DNA of 59,594 bases, filler included, from Platydemus manokwari (GCA_037951405.1; 6 parts of 6 records of this genome joined end to end with filler, not necessarily neighbours in it); one strand, 5' to 3'. Shown: positions 24,601-37,965, numbered from the whole stretch's first letter. Notes: a model not told the origin generated them from the letters alone. Numbers and translations are program-made.

Positions 24601-27112
24601 TCCATCAAATGTTAATGTTTAAAACAAAATAAAACTATTTCCGTGGTTTATTTTGTGGCCATTTTATTATTATTTATTTAATGCTTTCAACTGTTTTCAT
24701 TGGTTTTTGACAATGATTTATAATTCTGTAGAGAGAATCACATGAATTTATTGTTATTAGTTGAAGAGAATACATCTCTGATTAATAAATGTGAAAGATT
24801 AGAGGAGAGATTGATCGAATATGAGAATCAAACTGTGATCATCAACAATCCCAATGATTGTTTAAGCTCAATGAGCAATGTTTGATTTATTGTTTCTCTC
24901 ATATAATGGTGTGTTTGATGGAGTGTTTTGTTTGAATAGGTTCAAGATTTAGCAGCTCGTAAATCGCGTCATCTTGAACGGGAAAACGAAATCTTGAAAT
25001 CCGAACAAACACAATTATTGGAAAAGAATTCCGAATTTGTAGCAAAGATTAATTTATTGAATCAGAAAATGTGTGCTCTCAAGCAAAGGGATAACACGTT
25101 GCAAGCACTTTTCGAGCAGAAAAATGAGCAGATTGAAATGATAAATAGCGATTATCATTATTTGACGAGAGTATGATATTGATGATAGCGAGATATATAT
25201 GACGAGATTTGATATCAGGAATGTGAGAGCCTTAAAAAGGTTTTATTTCAATTTTCCAATCAAACATCACTCGATGAAGAGAGCGTCACTGAATTGATTG
25301 GTAATTTGAGAGAATTATACGATTTAGTTGATGGTCATCAAATCACCATTCAACATCAACGGGCTGTATTGGACGATTTGACCAATGTTGTCAAATCTCG
25401 ATTGGATCAATTGGATAAAAATGGTGCTCAATTTTCATTCGAAGAAGCTCTTTCTGGTGATCGGAAAATGATTATCGAGCTCCGACAACAGGTGGAACAT
25501 TTACAGGACGAATTGGAAAAGAAGACGGCTGTATTGAATGGATTGGACAGATCAAATCGAATCGAGAACATTGCCATTGATTCTTCAATGGAAGATGATA
25601 ATGTGGCTTGTCAGCATTATTACAGTGAAATGGGATTTTGTAAAGATGCAGGTGATTAATTATTGATTTCTCTCCTTTAATCGAAGGCGGGGCGAACAAA
25701 TATTTGGATTGATTATTTGGGGGGGGGGTAAATGTTGATATCGTGTCGAGATCTTATTAAATATCACTCGAATTGTTTGGACAAGTCAAGCATGGATTGG
25801 ATTGATTTTATAATAATCGGTGTGAATTTTTATTGATTTTTGTGCTTTATAAGAATCTTATAATTTGTTTTAATGGTCTCAATCAACCGTTCCATCAAAT
25901 CAACCGTATCAATAAACGCACCTCTGTACTGCAGTCAGATATCGATTATTCTTCTATAAAATGACAATTTTTAATATTGATTTTTTCTTTTGGGAGGAGT
26001 GGGTAAATGTTGATATAATGTCAAGATCTTATTAAATATTACTTGAATTGTTTGGTCATGTCATCAAGGGTTGTTTTGATTTTATAATAATCGATATGGA
26101 TTTTTATTGATTTTGTGCTTTATAAGAATCTTATAATAATTTGTTTTAATGGTATCAATCAACCGCGCAATCAAGTCAACCGTATCGATAAACAAACCCC
26201 TGTATTGCAGTCAGATATCGATTATTCATTTATAAAATGACATAATTTGTTTATATTTATTCTATATATTTAATATTGATTATTTATTTTTAATAAAGGG
26301 ACAAATATTTTTTGTTTGGGGAGGGGGGTAAATATCGTACCAAATATTATTGAATATCATCCATCAAAATCTTATTAAACATTGCTCGAATAGTTCGGAC
26401 ATGCCAACCATGGTGTTTTGTTTTTAAAATTGGACCGATTTTATAATAATAGGTTTTAATTTTTAATGATTTTGTGTTTTAATCTTATCATAATTTGTTT
26501 AAATGGTCTCAATCAACCGCGCAATCAAATCAATCATTTTTATCAACACATCTCTACAGCAGTCAAATATTGATTATTCCTCTAATCTGTCATACTTTTT
26601 TTAAATATTTTTAACAGAGAGGAACAAATATTTTTATTAATTATTTGGGGGTGGGGTAAATATCTTGTTAAATCTTATTAAATATTTTAATTCTTTTGCT
26701 CTCTATTTTCCTTTCTAATATTTTATTATCGATATCCATCAATACAGCACTCAACACAGACAATGAAAAAAATCGAAAAATATTCAAGAAACTCAGCAAT
26801 GATCTTTTGGAAGCTGTGAAAAAGATTTTCGGTTATTCTTTGGAATTAGGACCGAATGGATATTTTACGGTTCAGAGTTGTTTCGTTGAAGATTCATCTC
26901 AATTGTTGGAATTCAAAGTGGTCAAACTCATTGGTCAGTCCGGATTTTAATTGATCTCTTCATTTCAGATCGAGAACGAGCCAATTCTCATCGACAACGC
27001 TTACTCGTTATCGCTCAGAAAACAAATGGATTTCAAAGAGAACTTCCCGGCACTTCTGGCGAGCATTACTCTTGGTTTGATGGAGCAGAAATCATTGGAA
27101 TTTGTGTCATAG
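21621..27112 (+). CDS. MAD1L1: Divergent MAD1-like spindle-checkpoint protein, 10 exons, 597 aa: 21621-21660, 21704-21828, 21869-22021, 22058-22285, 22327-22448, 24732-24879, 24940-25170, 25219-25651, 26748-26917, 26969-27112
   Basis: All introns are GT-AG and phase-compatible, giving an open 1794-nt CDS. Long coiled coil. The C-terminus KIFKKLSNDLLEAVKKIFGYSLEL..YFTVQSCFVEDSSQLLEFK..NFPALLASITLGLMEQ aligns by eye with the MAD1 RWD domain (human [59 protein letters not shown]). The donor of intron 9 could be 26918 or 26921. Confidence 0.8.
25690..26690. repeat. Degenerate tandem repeat, unit about 280-330 bp, just over 3 copies, filling MAD1 intron 8
   Basis: Recurring G-run+GGGTAAAT..ATCTTATTAAA at about 25721, 25995, 26320 and 26648; GATTTTATAATAAT and TCAATCAACCG..GCAGTCA recur in the three full units. 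Confidence 0.85.
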
Positions 27113-29584
27113 AAATATATGTTTGTTTAGAATTCGTTTTTATGGATTTTTTATTTCACTTTCTTTCGTTGTGACTGAGTTTGATTTGGTTGTGCAATGT
27201 GTGTGTGCGAGTACCACCGATAGGCGAGTGGTTTTGTCATTGGAGTATCAACTGTTTACAAATCACACATGGAATCCCATGATGCCATAGATATCGATAC
27301 ATTCCAAATAAACAGAGCCAGAACCCCATTTTATGTTCATGTAATGTATGGCAATGCTCTGGATTTTTTGCGATGATTAATAGCCGACATCATTTTGCTC
27401 CAATCAGTGGGATTGTAGATTTTTTTATATAATTAGTTTACCTTATCACAATTGAGATTTTATCGACATGATCGTGGATAGATTTGAATGTAATTCAATG
27501 ATAGATGTAGTCGATAAATTTTTTATTTACTGTTGTTCCTTTGCTTAGAAATATTCTTCAAGACCAAATACTGTTTACAAGACAAATGTGTGGTGCATAT
27601 ATTATTATTCACCGATCGATATATTTTTATATATATTCAATCACGATACACAAAATATATCTCCGAGAAAATGTTACAATTCGAATTTATTATTTGAACT
27701 TATTATGTTCAGAGAAAAAAATATTTGTTAACATGGTCTGCTTAGGAAAAATTCAAGGCATATTGAATTTAATTGCCTAATACTGTGTTGTTCTAGTTTG
27801 AGACAGACTTCTCCGAGTGGACTGACGTTTTTTATGACTCTCCTTAGCATTGCGATAGGAATGAAAACGGCCGATAGAGCAACTTTATTGTCCAGTTGCG
27901 AGAGCTAATTAATTGAAGCTCGAAGCAGAATAATTCTCGTGGGGAGATCGTCAAGAAGTGTAACGAAATAAAGATAACTTGCTCGCTTCGCGGATAAGGA
28001 GTTATCTGGAGAAAAAAAATTAAAGATAAATTATAAAATGAATTTCACTTTTCATCAATGCGAGGCCTATCGATGGTGATAAGGAGTTCGTTTTCAATTT
28101 TCAGACCCCCCTCAATTAATGCTTTACTTCGATGACATTTGTTGGAATTATAACCACTGATTTTTAACTGCCGGAAAATCTACTCAGAAAAACAAACAAC
28201 ATGATGTCAATAAAAATGTAATGTCAGAAATAACCTTCAATAATAAAGCAATAAAAAAATCATTAAACGTCACCAAGTCGTAATGATCAACCATAAACAC
28301 ATCAGCAGACTTACTCGACCATATCCAATCAAGGTGTGTGATTTATATAAAACTCAACAAGTCGGTATGTGATTGTGTATTAGAAATGATATCGATTTCT
28401 CACGTATTCCTGGCAACAAAATTTATGGTACAACTTTAAAATCGTGAAGAATTTTCTGCATTTGGTGAAATATGGTAAAACAAAAATTATAATTTTCAAG
28501 TGAATATATAAGTAAAAACCTTGACAAAACCCGTTCACACAGCGATACGCATCAGCTGTTACAATTAAATACGTTAGACATCGTGGCTATATGGTCTCTA
28601 AGGTTTAATGCGAGTTTTATCGACAGGCTTAAGTGGTTTTCTTATCTATAATATATGGTGTGTCGTTTGTCAGCGATTTGTTTTCCTGTGTCAACAACAT
28701 CGGTAATTGACATGATGAGGATAAATTTTTGTCAAAACACGACTTTTATTTTGTTGAAATCCAAATTAGAAAATAAACGACTCTCTCTCGCTCTTTCTCT
28801 ATCTCTCTATCTCGCTTGCTTTGGTGTATGTTTTACTTTTATCGCATGTCTATATATGAGTTTCTCGCATGAACAAATTACGTCATAACTTTCATTAAAG
28901 GCTATATTAATAACGGTCATTTTGACAGATTGAAAGGTGTAGTTATTTGAGTTGGATACAAAAATATTCTATATACAATCACAATTGGTATTCTTATGCA
29001 ATTTCCCATCAACAGCCGATGATGATTTGATATTTTGTTTTCCCAATTCAAAATCGCATCTGGTCAATTACTGAAAAATCTTATTTTTTTACGATTATCA
29101 TTTTAAATATCAATGGCGTGTTAATGAAATCATCGGCTTTAGTCTGAGGTTGTTATGTGCTCGATCGATACCGATGAAAGAGGTCATTAGAATGTATTGA
29201 TTTATAAATTTATTATATGGACCAATCTGAACAAAAAATGAAATTAATCAATATATTGATTGGCACCTAGCAACGGATTCTTACTCAAATTAATAAATCA
29301 AAAGAATTTTGTCTGTGTTTAGCGATACTTTTTTCATTTCTTCAAGTCATGAAATTGTGAAGAAACCTCCATTAATGGTTATAATGGTTATATATAATGA
29401 ATTTCTATACATCAACCAATCAAGAGTATTATCAAACATATCAGAAGTTCCTTTTGCGTAACCCTGATTCTATTATTTCCATTTCAACCTAATGACATAC
29501 ATTGATATGGGATATGATGAATTTATGAATATGTTTGAAATGGAGTCTTAAAATGTCTTTTATTCGGTGTTGCAGTAAAAATGT

Positions 29585-29684
29585 NNNNNNNNNNNNNNNN
29601 NNNNNNNNNNNNNNNNNNNNNNNNNNNNTTAATTAATTAANNNNNNNNNNNNNNNNNNNNNNNNNNNNNNNNNNNNNNNNNNNN
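29585..29684. other. Artificial contig-joining spacer
   Basis: N44-TTAATTAATTAA-N44. Confidence 0.98.
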
Positions 29685-31655
29685 ACCGTATGACCCAGGA
29701 AATTCAATTTTCTAGTGCCAAAAGTGCATTTCTCGGGATTGATTTTCAAACCTGATGATTTTATTAACCTGAATACCTTTTCAACTTTCTCACTGTGTTC
29801 CTCTAGCGTTCTTTTATACAATAAACAAGAACGCTTTTGTAAATCAAGTCCTTGAATATAGTATTCATTAGACTCTGAAACGTTGCTGGCGCGATACATA
29901 ATCCAAAAGGTAGTCTGTTGAAACAGAACTGCACAGTTCTAGTGCTGAACGCCTTTTTCATTTTAGAATCTTCCTCAAGTTCCACCTGATAATATGCTAT
30001 CGTGGAGAAAACTGCTGCTCCATACACTGAGTCAAATAACGTTTATATATCAGGTACCGGAAAAGAAAACTTTACAGTCTGTTCGTTTAATTTTCTGACT
30101 TCTAAACACATCCTGATTGATCCATCTTTCTTAGTAACCACTACGAGAGGAGAGATCCAAGGGCACTTGCATGGCGTTACGACATTGCCTTCGAGAAGAT
30201 TTTCTATCAATTCATGAATTTTGGTTTCTAAATTTATAGTCTGCCTTCTGAGGTTTTGAGCAATAGGTTCCCCTTTGTACGAATCTCATGCTTCACCAAA
30301 CCTATTAGTCCCAAATCACACCGAGAAGCCATAAAAATTGAGTCAAATATTGTACTTACTCTTCAGTGCCATTTCGATTCTGTCTTGGTCACTGTATTTC
30401 TTTCTCACATCCTTGGCATTAATTGAATTTATCCCTGCAAGAAAAATTCCACAAGTCTTCATCATATCAACTCTTTTGATAAATTCTGGTGAAATTTCAT
30501 TTACTACAATGATCTCCTTTACTAGAATTTTGTTGTTCCAAACTATTGGGATCCTTATTTTAACTAGACACGATTTGTGTGTATTGCAGAATATACCAGC
30601 CAATCGCACATCAGAATTTTTAATCTGTTGCTCTCCAATGCGCCTCCAATTACTCTCATTCATTACTATTATTGATACACCAGGATCCCATAACATTTCA
30701 ATATGTGTACCATTGCATTCAATTTTACTCCACTGTCTACCATCTACTTTCTGATCCTCTGTCTATGCCTCTTTCTTCTTTCTTTCTTTTCTATCTATAC
30801 CTGATATATGTCCTATTGACTCAACCCAACTAACAAGATAGGCATAGGAGGTTGATTCCAGTTTTTTCTCTTCCATGAAAAGTGAGCTAACACAATCACT
30901 TGCTTCACTTTCAGTTTGAATATCGGCTTCATCTTCTTCGTCATAAATGCATAATATTATCCTCGGATTATTGTAATTAGGCTTTCTGGCTAAATGACAA
31001 TCTCTGAACGAATGTCCTTCTATACCGCATATCAAACATTTATTCTGCAGTGGACATTCAAACTTCCGGTGTCCAATCTCACCACATCAAAAACAAGCTC
31101 CTGGTTTCAAATAATCACTATCTGGTGTGGGTTTTACTCTACAATCGTAAAATTTAGAGGTAATAGCCTTCATTGATCTCGTTGCTCTATCATCGTTTGG
31201 ATATTCAATGCGATTAACTGGTGCTCGTACACTGTTTTGGCATGCGAAAATTTTTTTAAAAATCATTTCTCAATTTCATCATTTGAAAAAGCCTCTTTGG
31301 AACCGCTGAGTTCTTGCCACAGTTGTTTGGGGTCATCTCTTAACAGCATGTCAAATGCAAATGATAAGTCCATTTGATTAAATGTCGCGAATTCTTTGGT
31401 TGTTTGGAACCATTTCTCTGCATCTTGGATTGATGAATCGAAGAATGAGGGTTTCGGAAATAATAACTCCTTAGTTTTTTGTGGTAAATTCGCTAAAATT
31501 TTCTGCTTCTCTTCTCGTTTAGCTCTAGTCAGAGCATTAATTTCGGCGTGGTAGCCAGTAAAAACACAGGTTACTTCCATCAACATTATATTTTTATTCT
31601 AAAAAAATCACACGCGTTTTTTAAAATAAAAACAAATCGCATTTTTATCTAACTA
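29685..31655 (-). mobile_element. Decayed Ty3/Gypsy LTR retrotransposon (gag-protease-RT), truncated by the contig end
   Basis: Two CCHC knuckles (CF*CGEIGHRKFEC, CLICGIEGHSFRDC), protease-like LWDPGVS, and RT motifs AYYQV, FNRLPFGLCIAPATFQ and GLKINPEKCTFG..LNFLGH. Frameshifts and stops present; the YxDD motif is disrupted. Confidence 0.93.
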
Positions 31656-31719
31656 AATTACTTTTATTTTTATATTTGTCTACTATGGAACGTTTTCTAC
31701 TCATATGCATTTTACTCTT

Positions 31720-31856
31720 TTCAACGCTTTTGCGGAGTTAATAGCAAACTTAGTAACACTTATCAACGCTCAATGCGGAATTTAATTTATTAAATTTATC
31801 GGCGCTTCATGCGGAATCAAATTTATCAACACTAAATGCGGAATTTAATTTATCAA
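31720..31856. repeat. Four short degenerate repeats of about 28 bp in the putative Gypsy 5' leader
   Basis: ATCAACGCT..ATGCGGAATTTAATTT-like units. Confidence 0.7.
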
Positions 31857-34800
31857 CTAGATTCAATCTGCCAACCCTCACAATACCTCTAATTTTTTCC
31901 AAGTTATTCTCAATGTGAAATTAGTGCCTAAAGTTAAATGAAACTTGTAACTCTCCAATTCACGCAGAAATTTATTGAATGCGCCTCATTAATTAATTTA
32001 TCAAAAGCTCTTTGGCTTAATTTAAATTTCAATTTGCAGCTTATTGATTTTTATTTTCACACATTTTAATCATCACCATCGCACCGGTTCTTAGGAGGTT
32101 CATTATTTTATTTCTCATTCAATTCTCAAATTGTTGATTATTTTCTGACAAGAAATTTACTTCATTTATTGATTTTATCAAAATTTTCTCCTTATTCGGG
32201 TCTTAAAACCAAATGTTTTATCTTAATCGATTTTGTAGTTGTTGCTTATTATATTTTTTCAAAATCTTTTTCCTTACTCGGGTCTTTTTAAACTTTTATT
32301 AATTTTAAACCAACTTTTCTCCGCACTCGGGGTGCAGTTCTTGCTTTCCGGCCTTAAGCCGTCATATATTCAACATTTTATTAAATGATTCTATGCTGAA
32401 TATCAACGTTGTTTTAATCAGTAATAATAATGAGTAAAAATTGCCAATGTGCGAAGACAGAAAGTAAAATCACATGCAATTAATATAACAAAAAGTCATA
32501 TATAGTTTTAACCAACAATATGAGGAAGAAAAAGGCTTATGAAACGTGGCAATCAATTACTTCAAAGCCATTTTTCGTGAATAATATCACGTGAGCATAA
32601 CATTTCTAAATAAAGTAATTTGACTTCGAATCCTCTTGATATATTGTTTGACTAGGATCACTATAAATGACTAGACGACGCACTATATAAAGATTTATGC
32701 AATAATTCATATTTAAGAGTTCTGATATTTAGACCACTAATATCTGGTTAGATATCTGTGTTAATTTATACCTTCTCGAGCCACTTTTTATTAATATAAC
32801 CACTCTTTGGTTTTATTGTTAAATATGTTTCCCAAAAATTTCATACTTTATTATCATTTTATGAAAATTAAAAAATAAACACTTCATTATAAAACGATTT
32901 ATTAAACGATAAGAATGATATACCATTTGTTTGATTCAATGAATAATTTAAGAAAAAATTTTAAAAAAATAAAGATAAATAGTCAAAAGCACGAGTATTT
33001 GCTTTAACTGTGAGATTCATATTACAGAATTTAATATAAAACACGGTCTGCTGTGTGACTCTTCAAACAATATGTTATTATTTATTACACAGTTAATGAT
33101 GTTCAAATTTCCAAATGTTTCTATGGTTTTCTGCAATCAAACTCCTCGAAAGAATAGCAAAATTCCAGTAAATACAGTAGCAGAACTGTGTTTAAGTTAT
33201 TAACATATTTAAATTATTCACAAGTTTAAATGGTTTACAAGCTTCCAACTATTCGCTGGTTTCAATATCGTTTTAATGTGTCACTTCCCTGCCTGGCTGT
33301 TTTATTTATACTAGTATTCTTCGATTTTTCAGCTACCAATTTTTAATACTATCTGATTCATTCGTGCTATATTCTTATTATTTATTTAAACTGTCGAACT
33401 AGTTATCTAGCCATGTTTCTAAAAATAATTATTCCATTTATTTAATTTATTAAGCTGATTAATAATTCATAAAAGATTATTTTAATATTGCTGATCTGGT
33501 TTATCAGTTGATATTTTCTACAACTTTCTTCGAGATTTAGGTTTTGTTAATGATCATTTTTAATATCATAATTATAAGTTTAATTTTTTTATTAAATTGT
33601 TGCTACCGATTGTTGTAATATTATATAGGTACGAAATATAATCATAGTATTATATTTAATTATATATTATCATACACCCTCACCAAACACCCAATAAAAC
33701 ATATCAACGCGTTTTTTATTTATGTGATTTCTTTTTGTTATACTTATCGATAGCTGTTCATTGATACCATTATCTTGGCTCAATATTCGATTCATAATCA
33801 TTCATTAAAAATTTTATGGACTAATTTCTTTTAAAAAATTCTACAACTTTCTAGAATAAACCCTTCCCATTTTCAATGATATTTGGAGCTTGTTTAACAG
33901 CTCGTGTCAAATCCGATTTTTTAAAATCAATTTTATTTATGAATCGAATATTCACAAAACGAACTATTCAATTCTCAACAATCATCATTGATAATAAATC
34001 CCTCAATCGCTTCAAGAAGGAAACTATTTCTACAATTACTCTTGATTAATTAAAAATTAATGATTCGAACCATTATATGAAATTATAACTTATAAATTCA
34101 ATATTCATTTAACTTGATTTCATTTAAAATCCTTTTGTCGAATTGATTGTATATTAAAATTTAAAAGCTGCAAATCATTTTAAACAATAATGTAAGCTAA
34201 AATTCATGATTTTTATTCAAGAATACATTATTTGTAAATTGCATGATGTACATTTTATTAATGAGAAAAGGGCGATACAATAAACAGTAAAATATTCGAG
34301 AAACTCGATAGTGGATAAATAAATGATCAATAAGACAATACATCCGAGTTTGTTAACTAATGGAAATGACAGATACAAATACTACTGTCAAATTGAACAA
34401 CAACGCCCTTTGTATCAACTGAACTGTTCAATAAGCCTTTATTTTCATCAGCCACTAAACGTATCAATAACTTATTTAATTTTAAGCAACAAAAAATTAA
34501 GCATATTTCACTGTGATCGCTCAAATATCACAGATTTATACACCTTTCAGAATCTTGAAAAACTAGTTTTCTAGTATTAAGAAATTATATTATTGATTTG
34601 TATTTTTAGTTGATTCTAATTAAGTAAATCGAAAATAATTATTTTTTCATTATATTGATAGAATAAAATTTTAGTCATTGTATGGATGTCAAACGCCTAG
34701 CTTGAAAATGTAAATATTATTAAATCTAAATTAAACCAAAGAAAAATTTCGATATTTTGAGAAAAATCCCGATTCATTTATTGATATTTATCATATTATT

Positions 34801-35853
34801 ATATATTTACCTAAATTCTTTTTAAGGCGATTACTATCAGACAACTTTTCATCAATAACGTTTATACGTAATACATTTTTTGAGAACGGTTTTAGAATAT
34901 TGGCAATTTAAAAATAGTCCAGCCATACACAACGGTCAGTATAATATTATTTTAATGAGTCGTAACAAGACTATTATTATAAAACCAAAATTCGAAATCA
35001 GTTCAAAATGATTACATAGACAATTACTTCAAATTAAGCCCATAAGCCATTGGTATAATACGGAATTATGTCACAAAAATTGATATTATTTATGGAAAAT
35101 ATAATTTAAATTTGTTCTCGACTAATTCTATAGTAACACAACTACCAATTAATTCTAACAAACACTAACAAGAGATAAACTGATAAAATTATTAACCATG
35201 AAATCAAATATTGTTTTAAAAAACTAAATTAGGAAAACGTTTTTAAACTAAATAAAAAATAATGTTAGTTCCACATCTCAATCTTGATACATATATAAAA
35301 TAATAATTCTGGTCAATGCTTAGAAGCAGAAAACCATTAAAATTAATTGGGCGACCAAAAATAAAACGAAGATATCAATTCAAAACAATATCGAAAACAA
35401 ACTTATCGACTTATTTTTATTGCTAGCAATTAATAAAATCTTACTTATTAAAAAATCATATCAGGAAACCAAACATTCAATGGATAAAAAACTAAAAATA
35501 TACTTTAAAAAATGCACAGGTAATTTATAAATATCAACACTTTATCTTTCCAGGCGCCAATTATAACATTTTTAGATATGAAATTTGTAAAGTGAATTAA
35601 GGCTACAATGTATAAACTTCATAATTATAAATACCTTTTGTTTACTTTAAATCAACTAAGACAATTGATGAGATGACTTTTCAGCATTGAAATTATACTT
35701 ACTTAATGGCAATTCCTGTAATTAGATAGAAACCATTTAACTTAGAGAAGTTTGTCTATTAAAAAAGCTAAAAACAATCTCATTATGTATTATTAAATTA
35801 TTAATTAAACATTATTTCTACATCAACCCTTCACAATTTCACTTAAATCGTAA

Positions 35854-36546
35854 TTAATTTCGCCTGCGTCTGGAATAATGATAATCCCGATTATCATCTC
35901 TTTTATCTCCGCGTCTCCTATCATTTCCTCTACGCCTATCGTATGAACCCGATCTGGATCGGCGCTTTCTTTGCATTCGCAAATAGCTACGAAGTTGATT
36001 CTCGGCTTCGCGGGATAATTTTTTCACGTGCATGAAATTACAATGACCAGCTCTTGAACACGTGTTTTGTTCATATTGAGCACAGCAAGCATCACGGAAA
36101 TCTGTAACTGGTGAAAATTCAGCGAATATTGGTCTTTTACCAAACCAACGATTGTTCAATCCGTTAATGGCTTTTTCGGCGTCTTCTTCACGTCGAAACA
36201 TAACATAAACATTTCCAACAAGATGTTCACCGAGATTATCGCAAACTCTCATTTCTTCAATCTCTCCATATCGGTCGTTAATTTCAATAAATATTTCTTG
36301 ATAAAACTCATCAAATTTTTTCTGAGCGTCTTCTTCACAGAGAAATATATGAGAACCATCTCCAGTCAATGCCATATTTTCTGGTGTGATGTAGAGATTT
36401 TTAAGCAAAACTGTCTGACTAAATGTAGGCTTGTTGTGAATTCTTGAGCAATTATCACCATGCCTGCAAGCTCCAATCTTATAATAAAATGAACAGTTAA
36501 CTTTATCTTTTTCAGTTCCAAAAATCGATGCAAGATACTCAGCCAT
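35854..36546 (-). CDS. U2AF1: U2 snRNP auxiliary factor small subunit (U2AF35), intronless CDS, 230 aa
   Basis: MAEYLASIFGTEKDKVNCSFYYKIGACRHGD, UHM (VCDNLGEHLVGNVYV, NNRWF), second CCCH finger, RS/RD tail. Confidence 0.97.
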   Translation of the reverse strand: MAEYLASIFGTEKDKVNCSFYYKIGACRHGDNCSRIHNKPTFSQTVLLKNLYITPENMALTGDGSHIFLCEEDAQKKFDEFYQEIFIEINDRYGEIEEMRVCDNLGEHLVGNVYVMFRREEDAEKAINGLNNRWFGKRPIFAEFSPVTDFRDACCAQYEQNTCSRAGHCNFMHVKKLSREAENQLRSYLRMQRKRRSRSGSYDRRRGNDRRRGDKRDDNRDYHYSRRRRN

Positions 36547-37965
36547 ATGTTATATTCAGTTACCTAAAGAATATATATAATATTTAAACAATTTTAATAA
36601 CATTATTCCATAAATGTTTAATTTTTTCCGCCTGATAATGCAATGTCAATTTTAATATCAATTGGATTATTTATAAAATTAATATTAAACTTAGTTTTCA
36701 TTATAAAGATTTGTTTATCGAAAATTATAATTATTTTTCTTGTTGGAAAGACTAATCAGTAGTTTTCAAAAATTTAATTACAAAGAAGCTTTAATTGACA
36801 ATAGAAGTCTCGACATTTATACATCATATTTGATTGAAACAATAATTACCTATAATTTGGAAAACTTTTATCTCAAAAACAATTAAAGAACTTTGTAAAA
36901 TTTAAAATCACATACATCAAAAACTTATTTATTAAATGACTTTTGAAAAATCCTAAAATTCTGCAAAGAATTAATATAGTAAGATTATTGAAAATAATAT
37001 TAGCTGTACAAAGAAACTAACTAGGTAAAATGAAATTATATTCTGTTTATTTTATTATATATTGCATCCATATTCAAATTTAAAAGATATGAATATAATT
37101 TCATGTAGTAAATAATAATAAAGTGAATAGTCTTAATCAAAAAAATTATCAAACATACTTACTTTGGATTTTTTTATCCAATTAAATTATCGTCAATTTA
37201 ATCTAGATAAACAAAGAATAAGTAAGATAACTTAGTTCATTTAAAATAGATTTTGGTTAATATTTTGGTTAATATTTTTAGTATAATTCCTACTTAATTG
37301 CATTATGTTTAATAAAAAATTTTCGTTAGAATAATACAACTTAAATAAGATTGCAATTTTTAAAGATAAATAAAGATCAAAGATATTTAAATCACAACAT
37401 AAACAAAAATTCTTTGGAAAACTTTAAATGGACGTCTTGATTTATACTAATTACTTGATTGACATGTTTAAAATCATCCCTATTGTCAATCAATCAAATT
37501 AAATATCTAAATTACATCTAACTATATTTCACATTTTCAGAATGTACGAAAATTTGTCACTCTTAAATTCAAATTTTATACAAGAGTCAAACAACTAATG
37601 AGAATTAAATAAATTAATGAATAAATTTAAATAATCTATTGTCATGTTTCGTTGCTTAAATTGTGTTAATCAATTTATACCACGTATTTTGTTGTTAAAA
37701 TTAGGTTTCACAACTTGGTAATAATATTCATTATTGATGTGAAAATTTAATTATACAAATGAAATATTTTCCAATTCAAAGAAGTCCTCAATATATTGTT
37801 AACATAAACAAACCAATTATCCAAGCAAAACAAATTACGAATACCTTGGTACAGAGAAACTACGTGCATCAAAAGTGCGTAATCACCATTTTGAAAAACA
37901 AAATCAATCCAAAAATGAAAAAATATATTTGAAAACAAATTGTAAAATCACTTGTTCTACAAACT

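Noticed and set aside
27980-27990. U6 snRNA-like TGCTCGCTTCG
   Set aside because: No ACAGAGA box or other U6 sequence follows.
32335-32356. Primer-binding site / 5' LTR boundary of the Gypsy element
   Set aside because: The minus strand reads TGACGGCTTAAGGCCGG, not a clear TGG-tRNA complement, and there is no second LTR to confirm.
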